Shown here piece after piece: positions 63,662-64,000 of a stretch of 64,000 bases of DNA. Under the pieces are notes generated by a model that saw only the letters and a program-made list of their open reading frames with translations, did not search any database and had not been told where the DNA came from. The number at the start of each line of letters is the position of its first letter. Within the stretch, counting starts at the first letter, position 1. The translations under genes were made by a program, and so were the position numbers. Origin of the DNA: Steroidobacteraceae bacterium (lineage in GTDB: Bacteria > Pseudomonadota > Gammaproteobacteria > Steroidobacterales > Steroidobacteraceae); NCBI GenBank assembly GCA_035491795.1, contig DATJKD010000073.1, positions 22,416-86,415 on the forward strand. The letters are read 5' to 3'.

Positions 63662-64000
63662 CTAGAGCGAGCCCAGCCGCCGGACGATGAGTCCGGCGAT
63701 GTCCCGCGCCATCGCCTCGCGCAGGATGTCCTCCTCGCGGTCCTTGGCGAGCAGGTCGGCCTCGTCGAAGCTGAAGCTGCGCGTCAGCTCGAGAACCTGG
63801 CTCGGCACAACCTCCTGCCCGCCGCGGTCGATCGAGTAGTCGACGACGTAGAACACCTCGAACTCCTCGGGCGTGTTGCGCGCCGAGACGGAGAGCACGC
63901 GACGACCGGTACGGTCGCTGCGCACGCGCACCACGGCGTCGGCCGCGCTGGCCGCGGGCGCGAGCGTCGCGCCGTTGCGACTCAGCGCCTCGCGCAGCTC
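63662..64000 (-). CDS. lptE: LPS-assembly lipoprotein LptE (RlpB), C-terminal part; 5' end beyond the window
   Basis: The frame is open from 64000 and reads ELREALSRNGATLAPAASAADAVVRVRSDRTGRRVLSVS...FSFDEADLLAKDREEDILREAMARDIAGLIVRRLGSL. It resembles the E. coli LptE C-terminus ([34 protein letters not shown]). Confidence 0.7.
   Translation of the reverse strand, partial: ELREALSRNGATLAPAASAADAVVRVRSDRTGRRVLSVSARNTPEEFEVFYVVDYSIDRGGQEVVPSQVLELTRSFSFDEADLLAKDREEDILREAMARDIAGLIVRRLGSL

Overview
High-GC (about two-thirds G+C by eye) chromosomal window that is densely coding. The gene order looks gammaproteobacterial: ygfB-pepP-ubiH-ubiI, zapA-ssrS-ygfA, pmbA/yjgA, maf-rng-yhdP-tldD, holA-nadD-rsfS-rlmH. 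I support about 60 protein genes, one tRNA-Gln(CUG), a 6S RNA, and a tandem glycine riboswitch with a terminator-type expression platform upstream of gcvT-gcvH-gcvPA-gcvPB. I also support a few promoters and terminators and one unlisted 22-codon Lys-rich micro-ORF. I saw no rRNA, CRISPR array, transposase, integrase or phage genes. Most of the window is housekeeping: glycine cleavage, ubiquinone hydroxylases plus coq7, ispG, purC/purE/purK, rpiA, rpe, glcDEF, rplM-rpsI, RNase G and the DNA pol III delta subunit. Because of the GC content, the ORF track is full of long Arg/Ala/Pro-rich antisense or out-of-frame ORFs, which I did not call. Many listed ORFs are also N-terminally over-extended, so I re-picked starts by family N-termini, Shine-Dalgarno spacing and start/stop overlaps. 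I did not find a convincing multi-gene novel system. The best second-look candidates are listed here. (1) A UdgX-type uracil-DNA glycosylase with a KRRIH loop, divergently paired with a full-length Lhr helicase. (2) A cytoplasmic ExeA/MshM-like AAA+ ATPase fused to an FHA domain, on its own promoter. (3) A promoter/SD/terminator-equipped 22-aa poly-Lys micro-ORF directly upstream of rpiA-glcDEF. (4) A pip + prkA-yeaH-spoVR block lying between lptE and holA. (5) A CRP/Vfr homologue with a 43-aa basic-then-polyacidic C-terminal tail. All family assignments come from motif and sequence recognition by eye. No database search or computation was run.
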